A DNA stretch of 64,000 bases from Pristiophorus japonicus (Eukaryota). A program made the position numbers and the translations under genes. A model generated the notes under the pieces. That model searched no databases and had not been told where the DNA came from. It was given only the letters and a program-made list of their open reading frames with translations. Of the stretch, positions 12,351 to 24,282 are shown in pieces (position 1 is the first letter of the stretch; each line of letters starts with the position of its first letter). The stretch is from positions 430,838,001 to 430,902,000 of the forward strand of contig NC_091977.1 in NCBI RefSeq assembly GCF_044704955.1, in the 5' to 3' direction.

Positions 12351-13009
12351 ACCTGCCAAAGAACGTTGTAAGGCACAGAGAATAGCTGTGTGCTTATTAA
12401 AGAGGGATTAAAAGCTGAGATAGCAGAAAGAGTATAGGAAACAAGATAAATAGTGATAGGTTGAAATAAGGATCAAAAGCGGCAAAGTAAGAGGGGAAAA
12501 ATAAAATGTTGCGCGATTGGGTGACAAGAATGGGAGTAGACAATCAAGTGGTACAAACAGGAAGTGTATACAGACCTAAGATTTTTAATATCAAAACCTA
12601 TGCTTGGTGTTTTGCATCTGAAAATGGGTGCCCAATTCTGCAGTGCTATGCTGCAGGAGAGCAGTTGTACCATAGCCACAGGGAAGTTGTGGGAATGGGG
12701 TGAGCAGGCTTTGTGCTTATTTCCTACAATTCTATGATCTGCTGCATTTTGTGTGCTAAAGTACTTGGGCCTATTTCATGCCTTAACCAAATTATGGCTC
12801 CAGCTTTAATTCACATATATTTAAATGAACACCACACAATGCTGCACCATTCATTACAGGTTTTTTTTTCTTTCAGTTCTTATTTGGAATTGCAGGAAAT
12901 GTAGTTCCATGGGCTCTATGTTTCTATATTTCTGGAATTTTCATAATATTTTTGTGAGAAAGTTTCTGGAGTGCTTTGATTGTGAATGTAGTAAGCTTTT
13001 AATTGTCAA

Positions 13010-13480
13010 GGACCAACATGTTGAGGAACCAACTAGAGGGCTGGCCATCCTCGACTGGGTGATGTGTAATGAAAAACGACTAATTAACAATCTTGTTGTG
13101 CAAGGCCCCTTGGGGAAGAGTGACCATAATATGGTAGAATTCTTTATTAAGATGGAGAGTGACACAGTTAATTCAGAAACTAGTGTCCTGAACTTGGGGA
13201 TGGTATGAGAGGTGAATTGGCTAGAATAGACTGGTGATTGATACTTAAAGGGTTGACGGTGGATAGGCAATGGCAAACATTTAAAGATCATATGGATGAA
13301 TTTCAACAATTGTACATCCCTGTCTAGAGTAAAAATAAAATGGGGAAGGTGGCTCAACCGTGGCTAACAAGGAAAATTAAGGATAGTGTTAAATCCAAGG
13401 AAGAGGCATATAAATTGGCCAGAAAAAGCAGCAAACCTGAGGACTGGGAGAATTTTGTAATACAGCAGAGGAGGACAAAG
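13010..13480 (+). mobile_element. CR1 ORF2 internal fragment (end of endonuclease and linker)
   Basis: DQHVEEPTRGLAILDWV...LGKSDHN, followed by QPWLTRKIKDSVKSK. Confidence 0.88.
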
Positions 13481-13578
13481 GAATAAAAACAGAAAATGCT
13501 GGAAATCTCAGCGGATCAGGCAGCATCTGTGGAGAGAAACAGAGTTAACGTTTCGGGTCGATGACCCTTCGTCAGAAC
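13481..13578 (-). mobile_element. Penelope-like element terminal fragment
   Basis: aaaatgctggaaatctcagcggatcaggcagcatctgtggagag is the reverse complement of the Penelope end at 28565-28620. Confidence 0.7.
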
Positions 13579-13579
13579 C

Positions 13580-15260
13580 TATTCCTGTTCAAAAAAGGGT
13601 GTAAAGATAAACCCGGCAATTATAGGCCTGTCAGATTAATCTCGGTAGTCGGAAAGCTTTTAGAAACAATAATCAGGGACAAAATTATCAATCACTTGGA
13701 CAAGGGAGGATTAATTAAGGAAAGCCAGCATGAATTTGTTAAAGAAAAAAAATGGTGTTTAACCAACTTGTTTGAGTTTTTTGATGAGGTAATAGAAAAG
13801 ATTGATAAGGACAATGCGGTTGACGTAGTGTACATGGATTTCCAAAAGGCATTCGACAAAGTGCCGCATAATAGTCTTTCCAGCAAAGTTGAAGCCCATG
13901 GATTAAAAGGGACAGTGGCAGCATGGATACGAAGTTGGCTAAGTAACAGGAAACAGAGAGTAGTAGTGAACAGTTGTTTTTTGGACTGGAGGAAGGTATA
14001 CAGTGATGTTCCTCAGGGGTCTGTTCTGGGACCACTGCTTTTTTTGATACATATTAATGACTTGGATGTGAGTGTACAGGGCACAATTTCAAAATTGTGC
14101 CAATGACACAAAACTTGGAAGCATAGTGAACAGAGAGGAGGAGAGTGATAGACTTCAAAAGGACATAGACAGGCTGGTGAAATGGGCGGAGACGTGGCAG
14201 ATGAAATTTAATGCAGAAAAATGTGAAGTGATACATTTTGGTAAAAAGAATGAGGAAAGGAAATATAAACTAAAGGGTACAATCCTAAAGCGGGTGCATG
14301 AACAGAGAGACCTAGGGGTATTTGTGCACAAATTGTTAAAGGTGGCAGAGCAGGTTGAGAAAGCAGTAAAAAAAAAAGCTTGCAGGATCCTGGGCTTCAT
14401 AAATTGAGGTATAGAGTACAAAAGCAAGGAAATTATGATGAACCTGTATAAAACACTGGTTTGGCCTCAACTGAAGTATTGTGTCCAATTCTGGACACCG
14501 CACTTTCGGAAGGATGTGAAGGCCTTAGAGAGGGTGCAGAAAAGATTTACAAGAATGATTCCAGAGATGAGGGACTTCAGTTACATGGATAGACTGGAGA
14601 AACTGGGGTTGTTCTCCTTAGAGCAGGGAAGATTAAGAGGAGATTTGATAGAGGTTCTTGTAGTGTATTTGCTTCATAGGTTCTTTGCTTAAGAATTCAC
14701 AGCTGCAAATGTGCTGTAAAGAACTAGCTGGCTTATTAGTAAAGGTTTAACAATCAACCTGAACGCTACCAGTTCATCTATCAGGTTCCCAACTGCATGC
14801 CTCATCGTGGAGAAACTGGACTCAATTAACTGAGGTTTTATTGAGTCTTGTGAACATCACATGACTAGCTGAGCCACTCACAGTGCAACAGGTCCACAAA
14901 CCTGTAAGCATGCTCACAAGTATAGTATTCAAAATCGTGGAGAGAGTAGATAGAGAGAAACTGTTTCCAATGGCAGAAGGGTCGACATCCAGATTTAAGA
15001 TGATTGGCAAAAGAACCAAAGGCAACATAAGGAAAAACATTTTTACACAGCAAGTGGTTAGGATTTGGAATGCTCTGCCAGAAAGGATGGTGGAGGCAGA
15101 CTCAATCACAGCTTTCAAAAAGGAGTTGAATAAGTACCTGAAAGAAAGAAATTTGCAAGGCTACGGGGAAAGGACGGGGGAGGTGCTCTTGCAAAGAGCC
15201 GGCACGGACTTGATGGGCCGAATTGCCTTCTTCCATGCTGTAACCATTCTATGACTCTAT
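13580..15260 (+). mobile_element. CR1 LINE, 5'-truncated RT region to tail
   Basis: ORFs 13561-14106 (YRPV, DFQKAFDKV, VPQGS), 14072-14407, 14435-14692 and 14883-15254; (TTCTATGA) tail. Confidence 0.92.
14656..14924. mobile_element. ~270-bp insertion in CR1, probably a truncated solo LTR
   Basis: Interrupts CR1 gatagaggt|attcaaaatc. Starts TGTAGTGT like the other LTRs in the window, but has no clear CA end or TSD. Confidence 0.45.
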
Positions 15261-16055
15261 GGGCTCAATATTCCCCAGTGATTTACGGTGTTTTTTCGGC
15301 ACGTGCCGCTTTTTTTTGGCCTAAATTTAAAAATCCAAGTTTCCCCAATCTTTGTGCACCAGCGTAAGTCAGTTATGATTTTTTTAGGTCAGTTTTTTTT
15401 GCGTCATAGGGGACGTAACCTGATGTCTGTGCCAGTTTTTCACAATTATGGAAGTTTGGCAAATTTAAATTTCTCCTAGGTCGGTATATGTGACTACTCC
15501 CGAAAAATCTTCTGGGCACTTGAGAGAAACCAGTGCACATTAAAAAATTGGTGCAGAAAGATGCCATTTTTTTTATGCGAAGATTTGGAGAGAGTCAAGA
15601 ACACATAAAATATCTATAATCAAGCTTAAATTTTCAAAACTTAAAATGCAGGAAATGGAAGTTTAATGGAATTCTTTAAGTTTTCATTTTTTTAAACTGA
15701 CACGCCATCACCGAACGTCTCCAAACCGGGCTCGAGGGTTGTAGCGTCAGCCGGCAGAATCGGTCCAATGCCCGGACACAGGGGCTTCGGGCTCAGCTTG
15801 AAAAGAAGCCCGGGTGGGGAACGGGGGGGGGAGGTGGGGGGGGCTGTGGAAGGCGAACGGAAGGCATGAGAAGCCTACACCATGCATCAAATGAATCCTG
15901 GGGTGGGGGTGGGGGGTAGGGGGGGGTGTTTCCCGATCATTGCACCTGCGCAGACCTGAGTGTGGTCCATACTAGGGCGTTGGCCTTGGAGAGAGAGAAC
16001 AAAAAACCTTGTCCTGCCTGCCATTTTGAGCTTCTTGCAAAGGTAGAATTTAATC

Positions 16056-17241
16056 ATGGGGGCAACACTGACAATGCCATACCTTGTGCAAGCCTTCTGC
16101 ATGATGGTGATGTGGAGGAGACAATGTCATCGCATGAGGAACCTCAGAGCATGTAGGGTGATGGGCAGGAGGCCTTACGCACGTCGGTTATGTCGAGACA
16201 GGCGTTCGTACCTGCACCTGAGTGATGCAAACTTTGTCAGAAGGCTGCATTTCCGCAAAGAAGTTGTAACAGAGACCTGTGAGTTAGTAAAAAAAGATCT
16301 GCAACCTAGAATGCGTCAGGAGGACTGCTTTGTCAGTTGAAGTGAAGGTTACAGCTGCACTTTCATTCTATGCATCTGGATCATTCCAGGCTACAACTGG
16401 GAATGTGTGCGCCATTTCTCAACATGAATCCAGCAGGTGACTGCTGCATTATATGCCCAGAGGAATGACTACATAAAGTTCCCCATGATCACCCAAGCAA
16501 TGCGTGAAAGGGCTGTGGGCTTCTCCAGGATTGTTGGTTTCCCAAAGGTACTGGGCTGCATTGATTGAATCCACATCACCTTGTGAGCATCTTTGGAGGA
16601 TTCCGAGATGTACAGAAACAGAAAAGGCTTCCACTCCATTAATGTGCAGCTCGTTTGTGATGACATGCATCACATCATGTCAGTTGATGCAAGATACCCT
16701 GGGAGCAACCATGATACTTCCTACTCGTTCATCCTACTCGAGAGCGTTTTATCTGCTATGTTTCATCGGCAGCCAGAAGGGCAGAGCTGGTTGCTGGGAG
16801 ACAAAGGGTACGGCCTAGCCACCTGGCTCATGACGCCTCGATGCGTAAACCGGATGGAAGCTGACTGGGAATACAACATGTTGCACATTGCGACGCGCAA
16901 CATAATAGAGAGGACCATTGGCATCTTGAAACAGCGTTTCTGATGCCTGGACCATTCCGGAGGCTACTTGAAATACTCCCCTGAGATTGTCGGTCAGTTC
17001 ACTGTTGTGTGATGCATGCTTCATAACTTAACCATCAGCAGCTGGTAGTAGAAGACCCACCTGAGGCGATGATGATGAGGAAGATCCAGATGACGATGAG
17101 GAGGAGGAGGATGAGGACAAGGAAGACATGCAGCTATCTGAACCCGGAGCACGATGGCACAGGAAGGCGGGCCGTCATGCCCTTTTAACGATTGCTCGAG
17201 CCTTGCGCCAGCAGCTCATCCGTGAATGCTTTGCTGCCTGA
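16056..17241 (+). pseudogene. Harbinger (HARBI1-like DDE) transposase, disrupted
   Basis: Motifs SFYASGSFQ, GFPKVLGCID*IH, NRKGFHSINVQLVCD, YPGSNHD, LLGDKGY, TRNIIERTIGILKQRF; frameshifts and stops present. Confidence 0.92.
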
Positions 17242-17905
17242 AGGCTCACCGGCAACTATTTCACATGGACCATGTTTACTGTTTGGACCTATTCCATAAT
17301 GATGTGTTGTGCTAATGGAACAAATGATGGAAATGATTCTTGTTTACTTCAAAAAGTTGTTGATAATGGAACAAATAATGTAAATGATTCAGTTATAATG
17401 CAAAATATATTTTATTCAAAAGTTTAACAAACATTTGTACTTAAGTTAACTTTAATAAAAATATTCTTGTATCAAACTTTAAAGTTTTCAGTAAGATCAC
17501 TTACAAACTTTAAGATCACTTACAAACTTGTAAACTTGTAAATTTACAAAACTTACAAAAAACTTTTAATTTGAGAACAGTTACAACAGTAATAATAATA
17601 ACAACAACAGTAGCAAAGAAAGGCTGCACCCATCTCTTCTCCACTTTATTCTAAGACCGCCCGCTGCGCTTAGTCTTGGCAACTCCACCCCTGCCTGCAG
17701 GCGGTTTCTCGGATTGCTTCCAAGCTTATTTTTTCGAACATCTCGGGTAATGCGCACTTCTTGATGGGGGCGGGGGGAGTGCAGGTGGTAATGTGGAGGG
17801 CCCGGCTTGAGCCTCTTCAGAGGGGATTGGGGTGGGAGTGGCAATTGATTCTGTCAATGGGCACGGGATCTGGGCGTGTTCCCTTATTGCAGCATCTAAC
17901 TTCGA

Positions 17906-18132
17906 CATTCCCTCTCTCATGTACCCTGACAGTGTGTCAGCTACCTGCAACAGTCCCTCCCTCATGTTCACTGGCAGTGTTTGAAATACCTGAAACATTC
18001 CCTCCCTCATGTTCACTGACAGCACATCAGCTACCTGCGACATTCCCTCCCTCATGTGCACCGACATTGTTTCAGCTGACTGTGAGACATTCCCTCCCTC
18101 ATGTTCCCAGAGAGTGTTGTTACTTCTCCCGA
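17906..18132 (-). repeat. 45-bp coding tandem repeat, 5 copies (15 aa unit ~MREGMSQVADVLSVN)
   Basis: cattccctccctcatgt units start at 17906, 17951, 17996, 18041 and 18088. Confidence 0.9.
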
Positions 18133-18999
18133 CAGTCCCGATACCTCATCACTAACCCCACTGATGGTGTCCAGGAGTGATCGGGTAAGGTCAATGCTCT
18201 CCACACTCATTACCATCACCTGAACCGCATCTGTTAGATCCTGCACTGCAGGAGAGCGCTCTCCTTCCCCTCCTCACCCTGGATGTGGCTCGCTGCACCC
18301 CACTGAGACCCACAGACTCGGACACTGGGGCCCCAGGTGTGCCTCACTGCACCCCACTTGGAATCCCCAGGCTCAAACGGTGGGAAACGATGGAATGTCC
18401 CACCAACACTCAAACCACTCAGGAAAGGGGCTAGCACCTCAATGGCGGCAACTGCACCTACTCCAGAGTGAGTACAATAGTGGGGCCTTCATCGATCCCC
18501 TCCCCCTCTCCCTCCTCCTCACCCCCATACTCTTGGTCTGGAAGGTGGGATTGGAAGATGTTCTCCTCTTCAGGCTCATCCGGGTCTGAATCTTCTTCTG
18601 CATCGTCAGGGTTGGCCTCAAGTTCTGCAAAATATAACAGAACACAGACAAATGGTTAGCAGCAGAGGAGGGGGCAGGGTGGGTGGCATGAATAGACTCA
18701 CACAGTGCAGGCAGCAGGCTGATTTGAAGGACCATGATGAATGATAGCACATTGCATCAACCGAAGCATAGCTGACGGAAACATAACTATGAACCAAAGC
18801 ATGGATAGCCCGCGCAGTACTTAACATTTAGCAAAGCCAGACTGTAGTATTTGCAGGACTTACCCTTTCCCTCGAGTGTGGGATCAGCTTGTGCAGTGGT
18901 GATTACTTTTCTCCAGGCAGGACCCATCAAAGCTGTGACCCTGTCTTCCAAGGGTGTCAGTGGCTGCAGAATTGCCGGGTCTCCACCTGTTCGAGTTCT

Positions 19000-19870
19000 T
19001 GCAGGGTGACTTGGACAGGTTAGGTGAGTGGGCAAATGTGTGGCAGATGCAGTATAATGTGGATAAATGTGAGGTTATCCACTTTGGTGGCAAAAACATG
19101 AAGGCAGAATATTATCTGAATGGCGGCAGATTAGGAAAAGGGGAGGTGCAACGAGACCTGGGTGTCATGGTACATCAGTCATTGAAAGTTGGCATGCAGG
19201 TATAGCAGACGGTGAAGAAGGCAAATGGTATGTTGGCCTTCAAAGCTAGAGGATTTGAGTATAGGAGCAGGGAGGTCTTACTGCAGTTGTATAGGGCCTT
19301 AGTGAGGCCTGGAATATTGTGTTAAGTTTTGGTCTCCTAATCTGAGGAAGGACGTTCTTGCTATTGAGGGAGTGCAGCGAAGATTCACCAGACTGATTCC
19401 TGGGATGGCAGGACTGATATATGAGGAGAGACTGGATTGACTGGGCCTGTATTCACTGGAGTTTAGAAGGATGAGAGAGGATCTCATAAAAACATATAAA
19501 ATTCTGACGGGACTGGACAGGTTAGATGTGGGAAGAATGTTCCCGATGTTGGGGAAGTCCAGAACCAGGGGACTTAATCTAAGGATAAGGGATAAGCTAT
19601 TTAGGACTGAGATGAGGAGAAACTTCTTCACTCAGAGAGTTGTTAACCTGTGGAATTCCCTAACGCAGAGAGTTGTTGATGCCAGTTCATTGGATATATT
19701 CAAGAGGGAGTTAGATATGGCCCTTACGGCTAAAGGGATCAAGAAGTATGGAGAGAAAGCGGGAAAGGGGTACTGAGGTGAATGATCAGCCATGATCTTA
19801 TTGAATGGCGGTGCAGGCTTGAAGGGCCGAATGGCCTACTCCTGCACCTATTTTCTATGTTTCTATGTTT
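19000..19870 (+). mobile_element. CR1 3' fragment inserted in exon 2 of the H1 Myb gene
   Basis: LQGDLDRLGEWAN...GEKAGKGY*, hairpin and (TTCTATGT)n tail. Confidence 0.93.
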
Positions 19871-20619
19871 TTATTTGCTGTGTGCTACTTTCCTCTGCAA
19901 AGATGAAAACATAACTTTTTAGAGATGGTGTCTTTCTGCTGGGACATATACAGCTGGTCACATTTACAATTGCAATTCCATTGAATAAATGAAAATATTA
20001 CTTGTACTAACTATTTCACCAAGGTCCTGCCACTTCTTTTTGCACTGGCCTCGAGACCTCAGGGTGGTCACCATTGCGCAGTAATCTCCTGCAAGTTGTT
20101 TCCAGCATTTCTTCATTTCTTTTGGTGGAACTTTTACATGACCTCTGCTGGTGTCCAGCTCGTGCCATCTGCACTCAATCACAGTAACTGGTGCCTCCAG
20201 TTCATCCTGTAAGAAATTCTTGGTTTTTGCGCCGCGTTGCATCTTGTATTGCAGCTCCGATTTTTCCAATGAGAATTAAAGTTCTCACACACAACTGGCT
20301 CTTTTAAAATGGCCGAATGCAGATCGGGAGCTGGACTGGGCATGCGTGTGCATAGGTATCAAGTCAAAAATGTCCTTTTTTTTCACGCATGTGCAGAAGG
20401 GGCGGCATCGTTTTTTCAGCGCAGACATTAGGCGCCACCCCCCGAGACTACAAGACAGGTTGCGCGGTGCCAGTTTCAAAAAATAGAATGGGGAAACTTG
20501 CTACTAATTTTTTGGAGTAGTTAGGACCAAGAAAAACAGGCGTAACTCTGGCAATACGCCAAAAAATGGAATTGGGGAAAATTGAGACCTGTGATTCTCA
20601 GTGTGAAGCTGTGCTTCCC

Positions 20620-21440
20620 TATCTTGACACAATAACTCCCCCGCCCAATCCATCGCTGACCTCTCCGTCTTTGCCCTCTTACATTTTTCATTATGTTTTG
20701 ACAACAGATTCATTTTCATATTAGCCCTGCATTGCAAGTTCTCTTTTTAAGTCTCTCTTATTTGCTTCCTTTATCTATGGATGTGCCTCTCACCGCACTA
20801 GATGTTCACATCTCTGTTGTGACCTTATGTGTGACTCTGAACTTCCTTAGTTTATTTAATGTCTAGATATAGCGAATAGAAAGGGCCTGCTTCCCTTAGC
20901 ATAGGAATCAACAACCAGGGGGCATAAATTTAAAGTAATTGGTAGAAGGTTTAGAGGGGATTTGAGGGGAAATTTCTTCATGCAGAGGGTTGTGGGGTTC
21001 TGGAACTCACTGCCTGAAAGGGTGATAGAGGCAGAAACCCTCACCATATTTAAAAAGTACTTGGAAGTCCACCTGAAGTGCCATAACCTGCAGGGTTAGG
21101 AACCTAGAGCTGGAAAGTGGTATTAGGCTGGATAGCCTCTTGTTGGCTGGCATGGACACGATGGGCCAAATGGCCTCCTTCCATGCTATAAACTTCTATG
21201 ATTCTATGATTTCTTTGATGCTCCTTTCCATTGCCTGAGTGATGAGATGATCTGCTAGATCATCTAACCATCATTCTATCAATACTTCGTCACTGCCATC
21301 TGTTTGTTTTTCTCCCCTCACCCTTTTCTGATACTTTTAAAATGCTTTCTACATCTATCATTTTTCAACCCAAAACATTGACTCTTTTGTCCACAGATGC
21401 TGATTGGCTTGCTGTGTGCTGACAACATTTTCTATTTTTA
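20620..21440 (+). mobile_element. Old Penelope-like remnant interrupted by CR1
   Basis: Similar to the 25958-26102 GIY-YIG tail (gacctctccgtctttgccctcttaca) and to the ccacagatgctg...aacattttct end motif. Confidence 0.5.
20858..21210 (+). mobile_element. CR1 3' fragment
   Basis: Nearly the same sequence as 44405-44752; (TTCTATGA)n tail. Confidence 0.88.
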
Positions 21441-21902
21441 TTTTGTGTTGGTGTTGTTAACTATTGTTAAATTGAATTCTACTTGTTTAAAACAAATAAA
21501 ATCATGTAAGGACTAGGAGGTGCCTAGTTGGTTTCTTTCATTTGTTTTCTATTTTAGATTGCTCTGTTGAGGACCAAAGAACAAAGGGGGAGAAATTTGG
21601 TAGCACCCCATTTGGGGCGTTGACTTTTGAAATTTTGGAAATTTAGGTGCTAATGATTCTGAACTTCTACTAAATTGGACTTTAGCGCCTCAGGAAGAAA
21701 GTAGGGTGCTCAATCAGTGGGACGCTACAGGGGCACTACCACCAGAGTGCTAATGAATTTCAGGTGCAATGCATTCAGCAATGATGCTTCACACTGGCTC
21801 ATTCCAGCTCTTAAAGGGGAGATTGTATCATTGTGCAGCTGCTCATTTTCAGCATTGCTGGATCTGAAGGCGACCTGCGAAGAAGTCAATCCCCTGATGG
21901 CA

Positions 21903-23740
21903 ATGGCTGATCCCAATCCCAGGGAGGGAGCTCGTCGCTTCGCAGATGTGGCATTGGTGGCTGGAGTGGAGCAAAGGAGGGAAGCGCTGTTCCCGGCCAG
22001 TGGAAGGATGCCAGGTTTTTAGAGCAATGTGGAGCGAAGTGGCAGAGGAGGTTTTGGCCAATAGTGTGGTGCAACGTAGCCTGACCATATCATAAAAGAT
22101 TCAACGACCTCAGTCGGGTGGTCAAGGTGAGTACATGTTTCAACAGGTCCTACATGTGGTGTATGTAGGCACCTTTAGTAATGACTCCACGAGGCAGGGT
22201 ATGATACTTCAACTGTGTAGACTGTAGTCCTTTATTTGCAGCTCCTCGAGTGAAGACACCAAGTTGTGAGCTCCCTTTGATACTGGGTTACCTGCAGTGT
22301 GCAGGTAACCCTTAGGTCTCCAGCAGCAGCACCCTCTGGTGTATAGGTAAGGTGTGTACAGTGTAAGGGTACATAGTGTTACAAACATCACACAACAAAC
22401 AAGTATGCATTTTTAACACTACATACTAGCATCTGAACCTCTGATTGTGCACACTACGCAAAGCACCACACCCCCTACCACTCACCCACCAAACATCTGT
22501 GCCTACTCAAACTCACATCCACATCTCACGCCTTGTCTACAATCACACCTATTCAAAGATGTCAGGCATATCTCCCAGACACATAACTTGATTCTGACTC
22601 ACACACATTAGTTTCTTTTATAAGCCAAGATTGCCCACCATAGGAGGGAGCAGCAGAGGACAGGTGGGGGGTGATGCTCAGCTCTAGCAGCTCTCAGACC
22701 TGGAGGAGCGAATGCTGGGGCTCATTGGGCAGCAGGTGATGGGTGCCCCTGTTGGGGGCAACAATGGTATCCACATCCCCTCTCCTTTCTTCTCACACCA
22801 GAAACCTTTATCACTTTCCAGCTCCTGATACTGTCTGCATTCCTGACCCCCTGCCCTTATCTTAACGCGAGTCATGTGCCTTTATGCTTTCAGATAATTA
22901 GCAACCAGATGAGCAGCCTATCCCTGAGACTCCCACTGAAAGTGAGGAAGGAGAAGAGGAGGAGGAGGAGGAGCAAAGCACTGCATCTCTCACCCGCAGG
23001 CACCACCTCAGAGACTAGCACTATGCGATCATTAGAGGCAAGCTTAGTAGAGGTGTCTGCACTGGGTGATGCACCAGGGAGGAACGAGCTGCAGCAAGGC
23101 CAAGGGGAAAGCCAGCTTTCTGAAGGGCGAGTTCACGCATGGGTTCTGCTGCACAGGACTCGGATGAGGACCTCGATGAGCAGTCATACACAAGAAGGGT
23201 GATGGCCATGCATTCCGAGATGATAGGTGCAATGGCAAGGGTGTCCGAGAGCCTCTCAGCAATGGTAAGAAGTGTGCAGGAGTCCATCTCCAACATTGCA
23301 CAGAGCTCAGTGACACACCATGGGGCCCATCATTTTTAGTCCGCAGATGATGGTGGACATCCAGAGAGACCATGGGGACCCAGATCTCATGAAGCGTGTC
23401 ATGGGCAATGTGGCAGCTTTCATTACAGCACAGGCGGAAGGAACGCAATGTCTTAGTGCTATAATGCAGACGATGGTTGCTGGTATCGAAGCTCAGACTG
23501 CTCTCATGCAGTCTCAGCTGGATGCCACGCAAGCTTTGACTGCTGCCATCGTCGCTCGTTCCACCACAGTCCACCGGGGATCTCATGGTGTCACAGCAGG
23601 CCACCAATCTTTGCTCCAGCAGATTGGTAGGGATTTTGAGGTGCTGCCCCGGGGGAGTGGCAGTGGGTTAGTGTAATTGGAACCTTCTGTCCTCTCTCAG
23701 GATGACAGCATTCCTCATCCCACCACTGCCACTGTGCCAT
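21903..23740 (+). pseudogene. Myb/SANT-like partner gene of H2 (3 exons)
   Basis: MADPNPREGARRFAD...WSEVAEEV...KRFNDLSRVVK|gtgagt (donor at 22127). Exon 2 ~22625 KIAHHRREQQRTGGG..LSDLEERML. Exon 3 after tttcag (~22894) is acidic, then coiled-coil-like. Confidence 0.75.
22155..22392 (-). mobile_element. Solo LTR (Gypsy-type)
   Basis: TGTGGTGT...ACATCACA ends, TSD CTACA/CAACA (4/5), minus-strand AATAAA. Shares cacgaggca, ctccctt and accctctg motifs with LTR 51655-51914. Confidence 0.8.
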
Positions 23741-24035
23741 TGACTGCCACTGAGAGAGTTATCCTCACCCTGGTCTTAGGCTCAAGGTTTGGTTGCAGAT
23801 GGTGGCAGAGCTCTGTGACCATGTCCTTGCTGAAACGCAGCCGTTGAATACTCTGTTCCTCAGTGAAATTGATGTAGGAGAACTGCTGCCAGAATACCCT
23901 CATAGGGTAAGGCCTTCTGTTGAGAGCCCTGTTGGCCCACCTACCTCTGGCCACATTTTGTACTCTTTCTTTGTGCCTCATTTGCATCCGATGTTGATTC
24001 TGGGGGATGAGGTCCAGTGCCAGTACAGCCTCCAT
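23741..24035 (-). pseudogene. Harbinger transposase N-terminal fragment (catalytic core deleted)
   Basis: MEAVLALD...RRPYPMRVF...RLRFSKDMVTELC...ITLSVAV is homologous to the H1 and H3 N-termini; no DDE motifs follow. Confidence 0.8.
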
Positions 24036-24282
24036 GAAAGGATCCAAATGTTGGACTTTCAAATCTGCCCTCAATAAAAGTCACAAATCTTTATTAACCA
24101 GAACTTTCCTTCAACTGCAAATTGCTCAAATCGATCAAAAGACCTGTTTGTCTATGTAGAACTAACAAGGAAGCATTATTGGCCGATTAAAAGTAAACTG
24201 AATACTGGCGCCTTTAAATAGAGCTCCTCCAGCCGACATCCGACTGAAACCCGACTCCTCAACCTGTCGTTGCGCACAACCA

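Larger units (their letters stand above)
17650..20242 (-). pseudogene. Myb/SANT-like DNA-binding partner gene of H1 (3 exons)
   Basis: Exon 1 ...RSRGQCKKKWQDLG. Exon 2 RKVAH..RTRTGGDP..LTPLEDRV (split by a CR1) ending at a gtaagt donor. Exon 3 follows ttttgcag: acidic stretch then coiled-coil repeats. 3' end approximate. Confidence 0.8.
15261..20589. mobile_element. PIF/Harbinger transposon H1, full-length but decayed
   Basis: TIRs GGGCTCAATATTCCCCA / TGGGGAAAATTGAGACC (15/17) with subterminal caagtttcccca motifs. 3-bp TSD TAT/TGT inside a CR1 tail. Contains convergent transposase and Myb/SANT genes. Confidence 0.9.
21586..24280. mobile_element. PIF/Harbinger transposon H2, internally deleted, right end missing
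   Basis: Left TIR-like GGGGGAGAAATT. The + strand Myb/SANT gene abuts only the N-terminus of a - strand transposase. Confidence 0.75.

Noticed and set aside
17906-18132. Regularly spaced repeats resembling a CRISPR array
   Set aside because: Whole 45-bp units are homologous (no unique spacers), they are in-frame coding repeats, the context is eukaryotic and there are no cas genes.
16056-20242. Domesticated HARBI1/NAIF1 host genes
   Set aside because: Multiple stops and frameshifts, flanking TIRs and TSD, and several diverged copies indicate transposon relics.
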